This document shows, piece by piece, positions 22,601 to 34,654 of a stretch of 64,000 bases of DNA (the stretch's first letter is position 1; every line of letters begins with the position of its first letter). Below the pieces are notes generated by a model. That model was not told the DNA's origin. It worked only from the letters and a program-made list of their open reading frames with translations, and made no database searches. Origin of the DNA: Macrostomum lignano (lineage: Eukaryota); NCBI GenBank assembly GCA_002269645.1, contig NIVC01001350.1, positions 1-64,000 on the forward strand, in the 5' to 3' direction. The translations under genes and the position numbers were made by a program.

Positions 22601-25600
22601 GTTGAGGTAATTTCAAACTGAAGTGTGATGTTATGAGGCTAAGCGGGTTTGGTCCTGAGCAAGGCGTTCCTAAGAGGGATTAGGAACAGTGTTTACCTGA
22701 GGAATTAGGGCTCAGAATAGTATTTACCTGAGGAATTGGGGCTCAGAACAGTATTTACCTGAGGAATTGGGGCTCAGAACAGTGCCTACCTGATGAATTG
22801 GGGCTCAGAACAGTGCCTACCTGAGGAATTGGGGCTCAGAACAGTATTTACCTGAGGAATTGGGGCTCAGAACAGTGTTTACCTGAGGAATTGGGGCTCA
22901 GAACAGTATTTACCTGAGGAATTGGGGCTCAGAACAGTGCCTACCTGATGAATTGGGGCTCAGAACAGTGCCTACCTAAGGAATTGGGGCTCAGAACAGT
23001 GCCTACCTGAGGAATTGGGGCTCAGAACAGTGCCTACCTGAGGAATTGGGGCTCAGAACAGTGCCTACCTGAGTAATTGGGGCTCAGAACAGTGTTTACC
23101 TGAGAAATTGGGGCTTAAAATGTTTTCCAAAAACAAAATTAGACTGAGGGTCACTACTTGAAATGACATTGTAAGGGCAATTTAGCTCATTGCTAATGGA
23201 AAATACTGCCCTGTTAAATTTGTTTCGCAACATATCGGCAACTCTAGGCAATTAAATTTTCGCTTGTTTTAAAATCGCGTGGAAAATGAATACGTCAGTG
23301 TAGTAACTTCATATATCTTTTTCCCCACCGGATTTTCCCAAACTCGCGTGTCCCAGACTCAGATTCAGCAATTTTGTATCGCAAAAAAGATTTATCAATT
23401 GTAATAAAGCTAAATTACAATTCAGATCGCGATTCGTACAGCGCTTTATGCATTATTTATCGCAGGCGTCATGGATATATTGATATTAGGCTTCTAAGGT
23501 TTCTAAAAAAAACTCGGGGAGCCTCAGCTTACTTCATATCATAGGGCCGATTCATTCAATGCCAATGGTAACTACGGGGTTATTAAAGGCATAGCATAGC
23601 TAAGGTCAGCTTCGAGCGAGAAGGCTTAAGTCCAAAAAAACGCGCAGCCCACCCGGAAGAGAGATAAGAATTCCACAGGCCTCCCGTTGCAACCCGTCTA
23701 TAAGTGGCCACCGTAGTTCGTAGACCCGTAAATCGTGACTTTTGCGAGTTTTATGGACAGTCCGTCTGTCTGTCTTGTTTGACCTTTCAGCGTAACTAAT
23801 GCCTGATTGTGGAATTGTGAATTGTATGATGTATGATTTGTAGACAATTAGTATTATTTAAGTATAGGTGAATAATCTGGAGATTTTTCTTGACAAACTG
23901 AAAACTAAAAAATCTATATGAATATGAAAATTCTAATGATTCTATTGATTTATAAGCAATTAAATTTAATAAAAAATTTAGCGGTGGAGAAGTCGGGGTT
24001 CGAACCCGAGACCTTTCACATGCGAAGCGAACGCTCTACCTCTGAGCTACATCCCCGACAAGCATTGTAGAGTATTTAAACCCTTAATAAACCAGACACA
24101 TAAACCCGTGTTGTCTACTGACAGTAGCGTTTTATTTTTATGCATGCAATTTTTCGAAATTTTCCCAAAAATAATTAAATATGCACAATGTTTTGCAGAC
24201 GGCAAACAGCCACCCAGTCAGCGGTGCCGCCTCATTCGCCGCCTTCAATCAAAGCACCAGTGCCAGCCTCGGTTTGAACGGCCTATTAGAGGCTGCAAAA
24301 ACCAAGCTGCGCGAGTCTGCCGCCGAAATTCGTCCGTCTACCGCTGCTGACAGACAATTCCAGCAGGGCGGCGGCGATGCGGCAGACTCAGCTACCGGCA
24401 AAAGCGAGGGAGGCGGCTTCTCGAACGGGCTGAATAAAAAGCCGCCTGGAATGATGCTCAACTTGGCGCTGACTGAGAAGGTGAGCCGGCTTATGCTTAA
24501 TTTTTTTCGGAAAACTGTTGACCTTATTACTAGTTAGTTAGTTAGTGTAGGTAGACAGGTAAAGTAGGAAAGTAGAGGTAGGTGGCGTAGGTAGTCAGAT
24601 AGATAGGCAGGTAGACAGGTGGGTCGGCAGGTAGTCAGGTAGACAGGTAGGTAGGCAGGTAGGTAGGCAGGTAGGTAGGCAGGCTGGTAGGTAACTGAGC
24701 AGATCGACCCACAGCCAGCGAGGAATTTGTCCATTCCGCTGACCCCCAAGGACTCACACGGGGTGTACAGAGGTCCTGACTCTCTCTTCGTCAAGCAGTT
24801 TTTGTACACTTTGGAGATTGGCCCTCGCGGCAGTACAGAATCAAAATCAGGACCGGGGGCAGCGGCGCAGAAGACGTTCTCAGCCCCTCATAAAATGATC
24901 TACGGGAAATCGGACATTCGCAGCTCACCTCGATAGAGCAGCCGACGGCATCAGTTGAGCCGCCACAGCAGCAGCAGCAGGCCGACCCTCATTCGAAGCC
25001 GTCTCCGGGCAGCAACGCCAGCAGTTCGGCCGCGTTCGAAGTCTGCCGAGTGTGCGGCGACCGCGCCTCCGGCCGGCACTACGGCGTGGTGAGCTGCGAA
25101 GGCTGCAAAGGCTTCTTCAAGCGGTCGATTCGGCGCAAAGTGAATTACGCCTGCCGCAGCGGCAAGCAGTGCCTGGTGAACAAGGCGTACAGGAACCGCT
25201 GCCAGTTCTGCCGCCTGCAGAAGTGCATCTCAACCGGGATGCGCTCCGAGGCGGTGCAAAACGAGCGCAAGCCGAACCAGCAGCAGCAGCAGCAGCAGCA
25301 GCAGGCACAGGCTGCTGCCAGGAGGGCCTCGCTGATGCCGCCGACCTCCGCCGCCGCCTCCCTCTCTGGTCTCGGCGGCGGTGGCGGAGTCGTTGAATTT
25401 GGCGTCTTTAATAGCAACGGTTGCCATAGCAACAACAACAACAACAATAACAGCAGCAGCAACGGCGAACAGTCGAACGGAGCGGCCGACAGCGACGACC
25501 TGGACGGCGGCTTCGATGCGGCCGTCAAGACCGAGCCGCTGCCATCGGATGCCGACGCCGTCTGCGCCGTTGACCATTCCGACGATGCCAACGCTGAATC

Positions 25601-28600
25601 CGAGGCGCCGCCGTCCATGAACCACGAGGAGGCCAACGGGATTGAAGACTGCGAGCCTGGACTTGACGAGCAACAGGTGAGTCAAGGACTTCTTATTGTC
25701 GGGCAAAGGACTTATTTTTGTCAAGCCAGTCATGACAGGTCATTGGGAATTTAAATTCAACATCAGCTTAAGAAGCACGGGAATCAGCCAGGCCAAGGTC
25801 ATGGGGAATCGCGGGAATCAGCCAGGCCAAGGTCATGGGGAATCACGGGAATCAGCCAGGCCAAGGTCATGGGGAATCACGGGAATCAGCCAGGCCAAGG
25901 TCATGGGGAATCATAGGAACCAGTCATTCAGGTCATGAGGAATCATTGGAACCAGACAGTCAGGTCATGAGGAATCATAGGAACCAGCCAGTCAGGTCAT
26001 GGGGAATCATTGGAACCAGCCAGTCAGGTCACGGGGAATCATAGGAACCAGACAGTCAGGTCATGGTGTTGATCAGCTTAAGACTCCCCGCCAATCCATG
26101 ACGCCGGCAGGATCTCGGCAGCTTCAGCCACCTGCTGGATGCCGAGTCCCTCGACTTCGATTTGCCGCCGTTCGCCGCGCCGCAGTCGGTCAGCATCCAG
26201 TACGTGCGCGACGTCGCCTCCTCAGTGCTGTTCCGCATGATCCGCTGGGTGCACGACAGGCGCCGGCTGCGAGAGGCCGCCCCGGTCAGCGAGCAGCTCG
26301 GCCACTGCTGGTGCGACGTGTTCGTGCTGTCGCTGTGCCAGTGCTCGCCCCGGATCCCCATGCACGAGCTGCACTCCGCGCTGTCCCGGCACCTGCACGG
26401 CCTCAATGGCGTTGGTGGGTTTTGTAGTGCGACTCTGCGTGTCCGGGATGTGGTGGCTCATTGTCTGATTTGCGACTCTGCGGGTCCGGGATGTGGCTCT
26501 TTGTCTGGTGCACGACTCTGCGGGTCCGGGATGTGGCTCTTTGTCTGGTGCGCGACTCTGCGTGTCTGGGATGTGGCTCTTTGTCTGGTGCGCGACTCTG
26601 CGGGTCCGGGATGTGATGGCTCATTGTCTGATTTGCGACTCTGCGTGTCCGGGATGTGGTGGCTCATTGTCTGATTTGCGACTCTGCGTGTCCGGGATGT
26701 GGTGGCTCATTATCTGATTTGCGACTCTGCGTGTCCGGGATGTGGCTCATTGTCTGATTTGCGACTCTGCGTGTCCGGGATGTGGCTCTTTGTCTGATGT
26801 GCGACTCTGCGTGTCCGGGATGTGGCTCATTGTCTGATGTGCGACTCTGCGTGTCCGGGATTTGGCTCATTGTCTGATGTGCGACTCTGCCCTCTGTTCG
26901 GGGTGCCTGAGTGTGTAGTGTCTGACGTCATGGTGTCTAACGTGTGACTCATAATGTCTGGCTGTGTGACTCATAGTGTCTGGCTGTGTGACTCAATGTC
27001 TGGCTGTGTGACTCATAGTGTCTGGCTGTGTGACTCATAGTGTCTAGCTGTGTGACTCATAGTGTCTGGCTGTGTGACTCATAGTGTCTGAGGCATCAAT
27101 TCAGCGTCAAGCCTTCGCTGACTCTCCAGACGGAGTTCAAGGCAGCGAGTTGGACAGGACCCTAGCCGAGATTGACAAGCTGAAGCACATCATCGGGATG
27201 TTCATCGACGCCAGGGTCACCGGTCTGGAGTACGCCTATCTCAAACTCATCGCTCTGTTTGAGCCGGGTGAGCTCAGCTTAACTTCGTTAGGAGTTTCTG
27301 ACTGCCTGGATTAGTCCGACACAATGGGAGTTGGGATGGGATGACTGGGGGATTCGGGTGGGATGACAGGGAATTCAGATTTGAGGACAGGGGAATTCAG
27401 ATGGGATGACGGGGAATTCAGATTTGAGGACAGGGCAATTCAGATGGGATGACGGGGAATTCAGATTTGAGGACAGGGGAATTCAGATGGGATGACTTGG
27501 AATTCAGATTTGAGGACAGGGGAATTCAGATGGGATGACGGGGAATTCAGATTTGAGGACAGGGGAATTCAGATGGGATGACAGAGGAATTCAGATTTGA
27601 GGACAGGGGAATTCAGATGGGATGACAGAGGAATTCAGGTGGGATGACAGGGGAATTCAGACGGGATGACAGGGGAATTCAGGGGGGATGACAGGAGAAC
27701 TCGGATTTGAAAACGGGGGAATTCGGATGGGAAAGCTACGGCTCTTGCTTGTCCAATTAGCGGTCTGATTTCCAGCGAGTCCTGACCGGAAGCCGCCCCC
27801 CCCCCGCCTTACTGCAGTGTTCTGCGCGCCCACGGAAGACGCCACGCACTCGCTGCTGACGGCCATGCAGGAGCGCGCGGTCAGCGAGCTGCTCAGCCAC
27901 CTGCACGTCTCGCTCGGCGGAGCTCTGCCCGGCCACCAACGGCTGGCCCAGCTGCTGCTCCGCATCAGCTCGATTAGGACTCTGGACAAGGCGCGGATTA
28001 AGGAGATCTTCTTCTCGGGTTGGTCTGCGGGTTTTTCTGCTTGCTTGCCTGAGTTTTGTTACTAGGATGAGTAACCTGGGGACGGGAAGATGAGCTGGAG
28101 TTGTGATTTAGACTCTGATTCCTCATTAGATCAGAACAGCCAGCCCAGGTCATTAAGATAAGATTCACCAGACCATAAAGATAAGATTCACCAAGCCATA
28201 AAGATAAGATTCTTCAGGTCATAAAGATAAGATTCTTCAGGCCATAAAGATAAGATTCTCCAAGGTCATAAAGATAAGATTCTTCAGGTCATAAATATCA
28301 GATTGTCCAGCTCATAAAGATCAGATTCACCAGGTCATAAAGATAATATTCACCAGGTCATAAAGATAAGATTCCCCAGGTCATAAAGATCAGATTGTCC
28401 CGGTCATTAAGATAAGATTCTTCAGGTCATAAAGATAAGATTCTCCAGGTCATAGGGACCAGGTAGCTCAGGTCATTATGATAAGATTATCCAGGTCATA
28501 AATATCAGATTCACCAGGTCATAAAGATAAGATTCCCCAGGTCATAAAGATAAGATTTTCCAGGTCATTATGATAAGATTCTCCAAGGTCATAAAGATAA

Positions 28601-29748
28601 GATTCTCCAGGTCATAAAGATCAGATTGTCCCGGTCATTAAGATAAGATTCTCCAGGTCATAAAGATAAGATTCTCCAGGTCATAGGGACCAGGTATCTC
28701 AGGTCATTATGATAAGATTATCCAGGTCATAAAGATCAGATTCACCAGGTCATAAAGATAAGATTCCCCAGGTCATAAAGATAAGATTTTCCAGGTCATT
28801 ATGATAAGATTCTCCAAGGTCATAAAGATAAGATTCTTCAGGTCATTAAGATAAAATTATCCAGGTCATAAAGATCAGATTCTCCAGGTCATAAAGATCA
28901 TATTCTCCAGGTCATAGGGACCAGGTAGCTCAGGTCATTAAGGTAAGATTATCCAAGGTCATAAAGATCAGATTCACCTGGTCATAAAGATCAGATTCAC
29001 CTGGTCATAAAGATCAGATTCTCCAGGTCATAAAGATCAGATTCACCTGGTCATAAAGATCAGATTCTCCAGGTCATAAAGATCAGATTCACCTGGTCAT
29101 AAAGATCAGATTCTCCAGGTCATAAAGATCAGATTCACCTGGTCATAAAGATCAGATTCACCTGGTCATAAAGATCAGATTCTCCAGGTCATAAAGATCA
29201 GATTCACCTGGTCATAAAGATCAGATTCTCCAGGTCATAAAGATCAGATTCTCCAGGTCATAAAGATCAGATTCACCTGGTCATAAAGATCAGATTCACC
29301 TGGTCATAAAGATCAGATTCACCTGGTCATAAAGATCAGATTCACCTGGTCATAAAGATCAGATTCACCTGGTCATAAAGATCAGGCCAGCCCATCCAAA
29401 TCTCAAAAGATTTTTCGCCCGCCACAACTTTCAGAGCAAATCGGCCCGATCCCCATGGAGACGCTGATGCCCTTCATCCTCAACAGCGGAAGCTTGCCGA
29501 CGAACCTTCAGGAGGAGCCGCAGACTGCGCAGCCACCACCGCCTCCTCCGCCGCCGCCGCCAATGCTTGGCCAGTCTCAGCAAGAGCTGCTGCAAAGTCA
29601 GCTGCTGTACCATCGGCACCAGATGCTGCAGTACCAGCATCAGCAGCAGCTTCATCAGTCTGAGTCCGAGCACCAGCTGCCGCAGTTGAAACGCGAGCTC
29701 AGAGTCAGTCCCTGCGACAGTCCCGATAAAGTGCAGCGCTTCAACTGA
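19346..29748 (+). CDS. NR2C: Orphan nuclear receptor, NR2C (TR2/TR4, Drosophila Hr78) type, ~786 aa
   Basis: Exons 19346-19714, 24199-24480, 24924-25676, 26111-26414, 27130-27267, 27818-28018 and 29435-29748 (2361 nt, phases consistent; alternative pair 26410/27105 also in frame). DNA-binding domain [31 protein letters not shown]...[24 protein letters not shown]; ligand-binding domain motifs [20 protein letters not shown] and [21 protein letters not shown] match the TR2/4 pattern. Confidence 0.9.
19757..20292. repeat. Intronic minisatellite, 21-bp unit CAGTTATCCGCCCCCTTCACT
   Basis: Starts ~40 nt after donor 19715; the SYPPPSL translations are artefacts. Confidence 0.95.
20935..21352. repeat. 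Intronic degenerate ~26-bp repeat TTTGATCCCCTCTCCTGTCAGTGGGGA
   Basis: Tandem repetition in NR2C intron 1. Confidence 0.85.
22685..23115. repeat. Intronic minisatellite, 31-bp unit CTGAGGAATTGGGGCTCAGAACAGTGCCTAC
   Basis: About 13 tandem copies. Confidence 0.95.
23985..24056 (-). tRNA. trnA-CGC: tRNA-Ala, anticodon CGC
   Basis: Reverse complement GGGGATGTAGCTCAGAGGTAGAGCGTTCGCTTCGCATGTGAAAGGTCTCGGGTTCGAACCCCGACTTCTCCA: 72 nt, full cloverleaf, A and B boxes, G3:U70 pair, discriminator A, followed by a TTTTTT Pol III terminator. Confidence 0.95.
24535..24692. repeat. (GTAG/GCAG)n degenerate microsatellite
   Basis: NR2C intron 2. Confidence 0.85.
25778..26065. repeat. Intronic minisatellite, ~34-bp unit GGGAATCAGCCAGGCCAAGGTCATGGGGAATCAC
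   Basis: NR2C intron 3; carries AGGTCA in most units. Confidence 0.9.
26428..26890. repeat. Intronic minisatellite, ~40-bp unit GCGACTCTGCGTGTCCGGGATGTGGCTCATTGTCTGATTT
   Basis: NR2C intron 4, 5' part. Confidence 0.9.
26940..27090. repeat. Intronic 22-bp repeat GTGTCTGGCTGTGTGACTCATA
   Basis: NR2C intron 4, 3' part. Confidence 0.9.
27335..27735. repeat. Intronic minisatellite of two alternating 22-bp units (GGGAATTCAGATGGGATGACAG / GGGAATTCAGATTTGAGGACAG)
   Basis: NR2C intron 5; ~44-bp higher-order period. Confidence 0.9.
28150..29385. repeat. Intronic minisatellite, 23-24-bp unit AGGTCATAAAGATCAGATTCTCC
   Basis: NR2C intron 6, roughly 50 units. Confidence 0.95.
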
Positions 29749-29961
29749 TTGCCCCGCTGACATTCCGCGCGCCACGCTGACTCTGAGCGAGCAGCGCCTG
29801 ATGACTCTGTGAACTCCGCGCCTCTGACGCAGCGCCTGATGACTTTGTGAACTCTGCGCCTCTGACGTAGCGCCATTTTTACATTTGCAGCTCTCGGACA
29901 GATCAGCGCCTTCTTCATCCGGGATCCGGGATTCTTCATCATGTTAAAACTAAAAAGGTAT

Positions 29962-30655
29962 CCCCTGACCTTCAGCTGGCGCCACCCCCTGACCTTCAGG
30001 TGGCGCCACCCCCTGATCTTCAGCTGGCGCCACCCCTTGACCTTCAGCTGGCGCCACCCCTCACCTTCATCTGGCGCCACCCCCTGACCTTCAGGTGGCG
30101 CCACTGCCCCCAACCTATAGCTGGCGCCACTCCCCTGACCTTCAGCTGGCGCCACCCTCCCTCACCTTCAGCTGGCGCCACCCACTGACCTTCAGGTGGC
30201 GCCACTGTCCCCAACCCATAGCTGGCGCCACTTTCCTGACCTTCAAGTGGCGCCACTGTCCCCAACCCATAGCTGGCGCCACTTTCCTGACCTTCAAGTG
30301 GCGCCACTGCCCCCAACCTATAGCTGGCGCCACCCCCTGACCTTCAACTGGCGCCACTCCCCTGACCTTCAGCTGGCGCCACCCCCTGAACTTCAGCTGG
30401 CGCCACTCCCCTGACCTTCAGCTGGCGCCACCCCCCCGACCTTCAGCTGGCGCCACCCCCTGACCTTCAGGTGGCGCCACTCCCCTGACCTTCAGCTGGC
30501 GCCACCCCCTGAACTTCAGCTGGTGCCACTCCCCTGACCTTCAGCTGGCGCCACCCCCCCGACCTTCAGCTGGCGCCACCCCCTGACCTTCAGCTGGCGC
30601 CACCCCCCCCCCGACCTTCAGCTGGCGCCGCTCCCCTGACCTTCAGGTGGCGTCA
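29962..30655. repeat. Minisatellite, 24-25-bp unit CCCCCTGACCTTCAGCTGGCGCCA, just downstream of the NR2C stop
   Basis: Tandem repetition with TGACCT, CAGCTG and TGGCGCCA in most units. Confidence 0.95.
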
Positions 30656-31299
30656 CTAAACAAAACAATGTCTAATTTGGTGTCAGTTGAGGTTTTCTAT
30701 TTCGCTTGCCTGTTTGTCATTCAATTGTACCTTTTGTCTCCTATCCGTAACACGTTAAACAATAATTAACAATTTTCCCAGCATATTTTACTGCGTCAAC
30801 GCTTACAATACTACTGCTTCTACTCATCCTAGTAGAGAGCAGGGCATATTCTTGCTGTGCGAAATTTTTGCAAAGATTTCCCCGACCCGTCATATTTTCA
30901 ATAGAATTTCTGTACACCTGTCGCAGCGTTCGATAGACTTTGTACCTGATATCAATAATTGCCACCAGCTAATCTCAGTTATACAGATAGTCTTATCAAA
31001 TTATAATTATCTCGCAGCGTGTCCATAAGCAGCCATTTTGCCCCAACCCCCATATTTAATTGAACCGTCACGTGATTCTTAAAGTCATCCGCTGCACGAA
31101 CTGAAATTCAACTGCCATCCACGCCCACGTGTATACACTGATATATCTGTCTATTTTCTTAAACACTGTTTTTTCGGGTCCATACCGCCTCGCATTTCCC
31201 TGCATAGTGAGCATTGATTAATTCAAGTTGCATCTTGTTATGTTAGAGCTGCTGACGGCTGTCAACACTGTCTCTGCGTCTGATCTCACCCTCTGTCTG

Positions 31300-32056
31300 T
31301 CTCTAATCTCTATAATCTCACTCTCTACTCAGCCTCTAATCTCTCTAATCTCACTCTATCTCAGTCTCTAAATTCTATAATCTCACACTCTATCTCAGTC
31401 TCTAATCTCTCTAATCTCACTCTATCTCAGTCTCTAATCTCTATAATCTCACACTCTATCTCAGTCTCTAATCTCTCTAATCTCACCTCTATCTCAGTCT
31501 CTAATCTCTATAATCTCACACTCTATCTCAGTCTCTAATCTCTCTAATCTCACTCTCTACTCAGCCTCTAATCTCTCTAATCTCACTCTATCTCAGTCTC
31601 TAATCTCTCTAATCTCACCTCTATCTCAATCTAGTCTCTAATCTCTATAATCTCACTCTCTATCTCAGTCTCTAATCTCTCTAATCTCACCTCTATCTCA
31701 GTCTCTAATCTCTCTAATCTCACTCTCTACTCAGCCTCTAATCTCTCTAATCTCACTCTATCTCAGTCTCTAATCTCTCTAATCTCACCTCTATCTCAAT
31801 CTAGTCTCTAATCTCTATAATCTCACTCTCTATCTCAGTCTCTAATCTCTCTAATCTCACCTCTATCTCAATCTAGTCTCTAATCTCTATAATCTCACTC
31901 TCTATCTCAGTCTCTAATCTCTCTAATCTCACCTCTATCTCAGTCTCTAATCTCTATAATCTGACTCTCTACTCAGCCTCTAATCTCTCTAATCTCACTC
32001 TATCTCAGTCTCTAATCTCTCTAATCTCACCTCTATCTCACTCTAGTCTCTAATCT
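31300..32056. repeat. CT-rich degenerate minisatellite (CTCTAATCTCACTCTATCTCAGTCTCTAATCT-like)
   Basis: Tandem repetition. Confidence 0.9.
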
Positions 32057-32504
32057 TACCTTTCGTTTAAGTCTCTACTCTTTAACCTCGCTCCATATCA
32101 TCTCATCCTCTCTCGCATCAACTTCCCAGCTCCCTCCCTCCCAGCGCCAATCACGCGGCCTCCTCGTATTCGAGGTGGCTTGAGTACTTTGCCGTTTGTT
32201 TTATTTGCGCCTAGACGCTGCAGCTCCTTCAGTGTTTTATTGCACCTTTGCCTCTGTGTTCCCAATTATTGCCTGCCTATCACAGCACTTAGCCATATTC
32301 GAATCGAACTGGGAGTTACGGTCAGTGCGTTTCAAAAGGCGAGCTACACACGGGTTAATGTAACCGTTGTATGTCTGTTTTAGTCTTTGTTCATCTATTT
32401 GTTCGTATTTGCAGTCTTCGCTGACAATTAAATCACCGGGAAGTCCTTCGGGTACGAGGCTTGAGCACATGGCGCCTCCTACAGTCATCTCCATACTTCT
32501 CAAA

Positions 32505-34250
32505 ACTAATCTCTCTTCTCAACCCTTATTTGTCTTCTCACTCTTTATCTCTCTTCTCAACCCTTATTTGTCTTCTCACCCCTTATCTCTCTTCTCAACC
32601 CTTATTTGTCTTCTCACCCCTTATCTCTCTTCTCAACCCTTATTTGTCTTCTCACTCTTTATCTCTCTTCTCAACCCTTATTTGTCTTCTCACTCTTTAT
32701 CTCTCTTCTCAACCCTTATTTGTCTTCTCACCCCTTATCTCTCTTCTCAACCCTTATTTGTCTTCTCACTCTTTATCTCTCTTCTCAACCCTTATTTGTC
32801 TTCTCACTCTTTATCTCTCTTCTCAACCCTTATTTGTCTTCTCACCCTTATCTCTCTTCTCAACCATTATTTGTCTTCTCACTCTTTATCTCTCTTCTCA
32901 ACCCTTATTTGTCTTCTCACTCTTTATCTCTCTTCTCAACCCTTATTTGTCTTCTCACCCCTTATCTCTCTTCTCAACCCTTATTTGTCTTCTCACTCTT
33001 TATCTCTCTTCTCAACCCTTATTTGTCTTCTCACTCTTTATCTCTCTTCTCAACCCTTATTTGTCTTCTCACCCCTTATCTCTCTTCTCAACCCTTATTT
33101 GTCTTCTCACTCTTTATCTCTCTTCTCAACCCTTATTTGTCTTCTCACTCTTTATCTCTCTTCTCAACCCTTATTTGTCTTCTCACTCTTTATCTCTCTT
33201 CTCAACCCTTATTTGTCTTCTCACTCTTTATCTCTCTTCTCAACCCTTATTTGTCTTCTCACTCTTTATCTCTCTTCTCAACCCTTATTTGTCTTCTCAC
33301 CCCTTATCTCTCTTCTCAACCCTTATTTGTCTTCTCACTCTTTATCTCTCTTCTCAACCCTTATTTGTCTTCTCACTCTTTATCTCTCTTCTCAACCCTT
33401 ATTTGTCTTCTCACTCTTTATCTCTCTTCTCAACCCTTATTTGTCTTCTCACCCTTTATCTCTCTTCTCAACCCTTATTTGTCTTCTCACTCTTTATCTC
33501 TCTTCTCAACCCTTATTTGTCTTCTCACCCCTTATCTCTCTTCTCAACCCTTATTTGTCTTCTCACTCTTTATCTCTATTCTCAACCCTTATTTGTCTTC
33601 TCACTCTTTATCTCTCTTCTCAACCCTTATTTGTCTTCTCACCCTTTATCTCTCTTCTCAACCCTTATTTGTCTTCTCACTCTTTATCTCTCTTCTCAAC
33701 CCTTATTTGTCTTCTCACCCTTTATCTCTCTTCTCAACCCTTATTTGTCTTCTCACCCCTTATCTCTCATCCCACCCTTATCTGTCTTCTCACCTCTTAT
33801 CTGTCTCCTCACCCCTTATCTCTGTTCTCACCCCTTATCTGTCTTCTCACCCCTTATCTCTCATCCCACCCTTATCTGTCTTCTCACCCCTTATCTCTCA
33901 TCCCACCCTTATCTGTCTTCTCACCTCTTATCTCTCTCCTCACCCCTTATCTCTCTTCTCACCCCTTATCTCTCTCCTCACCCCTTATCTCTCTTCTCAC
34001 CCCTTATCTCTCTCCTCACCCCTTATCTCTCTTCTCACCCCTTATCTCTGTTCTCACCCCTTATCTCTCTTCTCACCCCTTATCTCTCATCCCACCCTTA
34101 TCTGTCTTCTCACCCCTTATCTCTCTCCTCACCCCTTATCTCTCTTCTCACCCCTTATCTCTCTTCTCACCCCTTATCTCTCTCCTCACCCCTTATCTCT
34201 CTTTTCACCCCTTATCTGTCCTCTCACCCCTTATCTATCCTATTCTCACC
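32505..34250. repeat. Minisatellite, 38-bp unit TTCTCAACCCTTATTTGTCTTCTCACTCTTTATCTCTC (two 19-bp halves), decaying to a 19-bp unit at the 3' end
   Basis: Explains the three 560-640 aa Leu/Ser ORFs. Confidence 0.95.
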
Positions 34251-34654
34251 CTTTCTCTCCTTCCTTTCATTCCAGCATGAGTTGCCGCCGTCACTAAAAA
34301 CATTTGAGAATTTTTTCTTACGTCTGAATGACCCACTGTTTTGCTCTGCCTAAAGCGCCATAAACATAACGGTACGAGCGCAAGCCCCCCCCCCCCGCCC
34401 CATCACTCTGGTTCGCTGTGCTTTCTCCGTTTAATAAATTTAGCAAATTAATTTTTAGTATATAGGATGAAACCAAAAAGCTCCATGAATTACATTTGCC
34501 TTCTGCCGAAATGAGAAATTCTTAAACAGTGCAACATAAAACTTCTATTTTGCGAATCAAAGCTCATCAAGCTCATGCCAAGTTTTGCCGGAACTTTGTG
34601 AGTTGGTTATTTTCGTTAAAAATTTTATTTTATTGTTTTATGCCTTGAACTCTA

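Noticed and set aside
32237-32503. 88-aa minus-strand ORF (..DLIVSEDCKYEQ..AKCC..) faintly like the APP copper-binding domain, possibly spliced to ORF 30741-30965
   Set aside because: Cys and His spacing does not fit, composition is AT-richer than real exons here, and splice sites are weak
32367-34353. Three 560-640 aa Leu/Ser/Phe-rich ORFs that resemble membrane proteins
   Set aside because: Translations of the 38/19-bp satellite; open in all three frames only because the unit lacks stops
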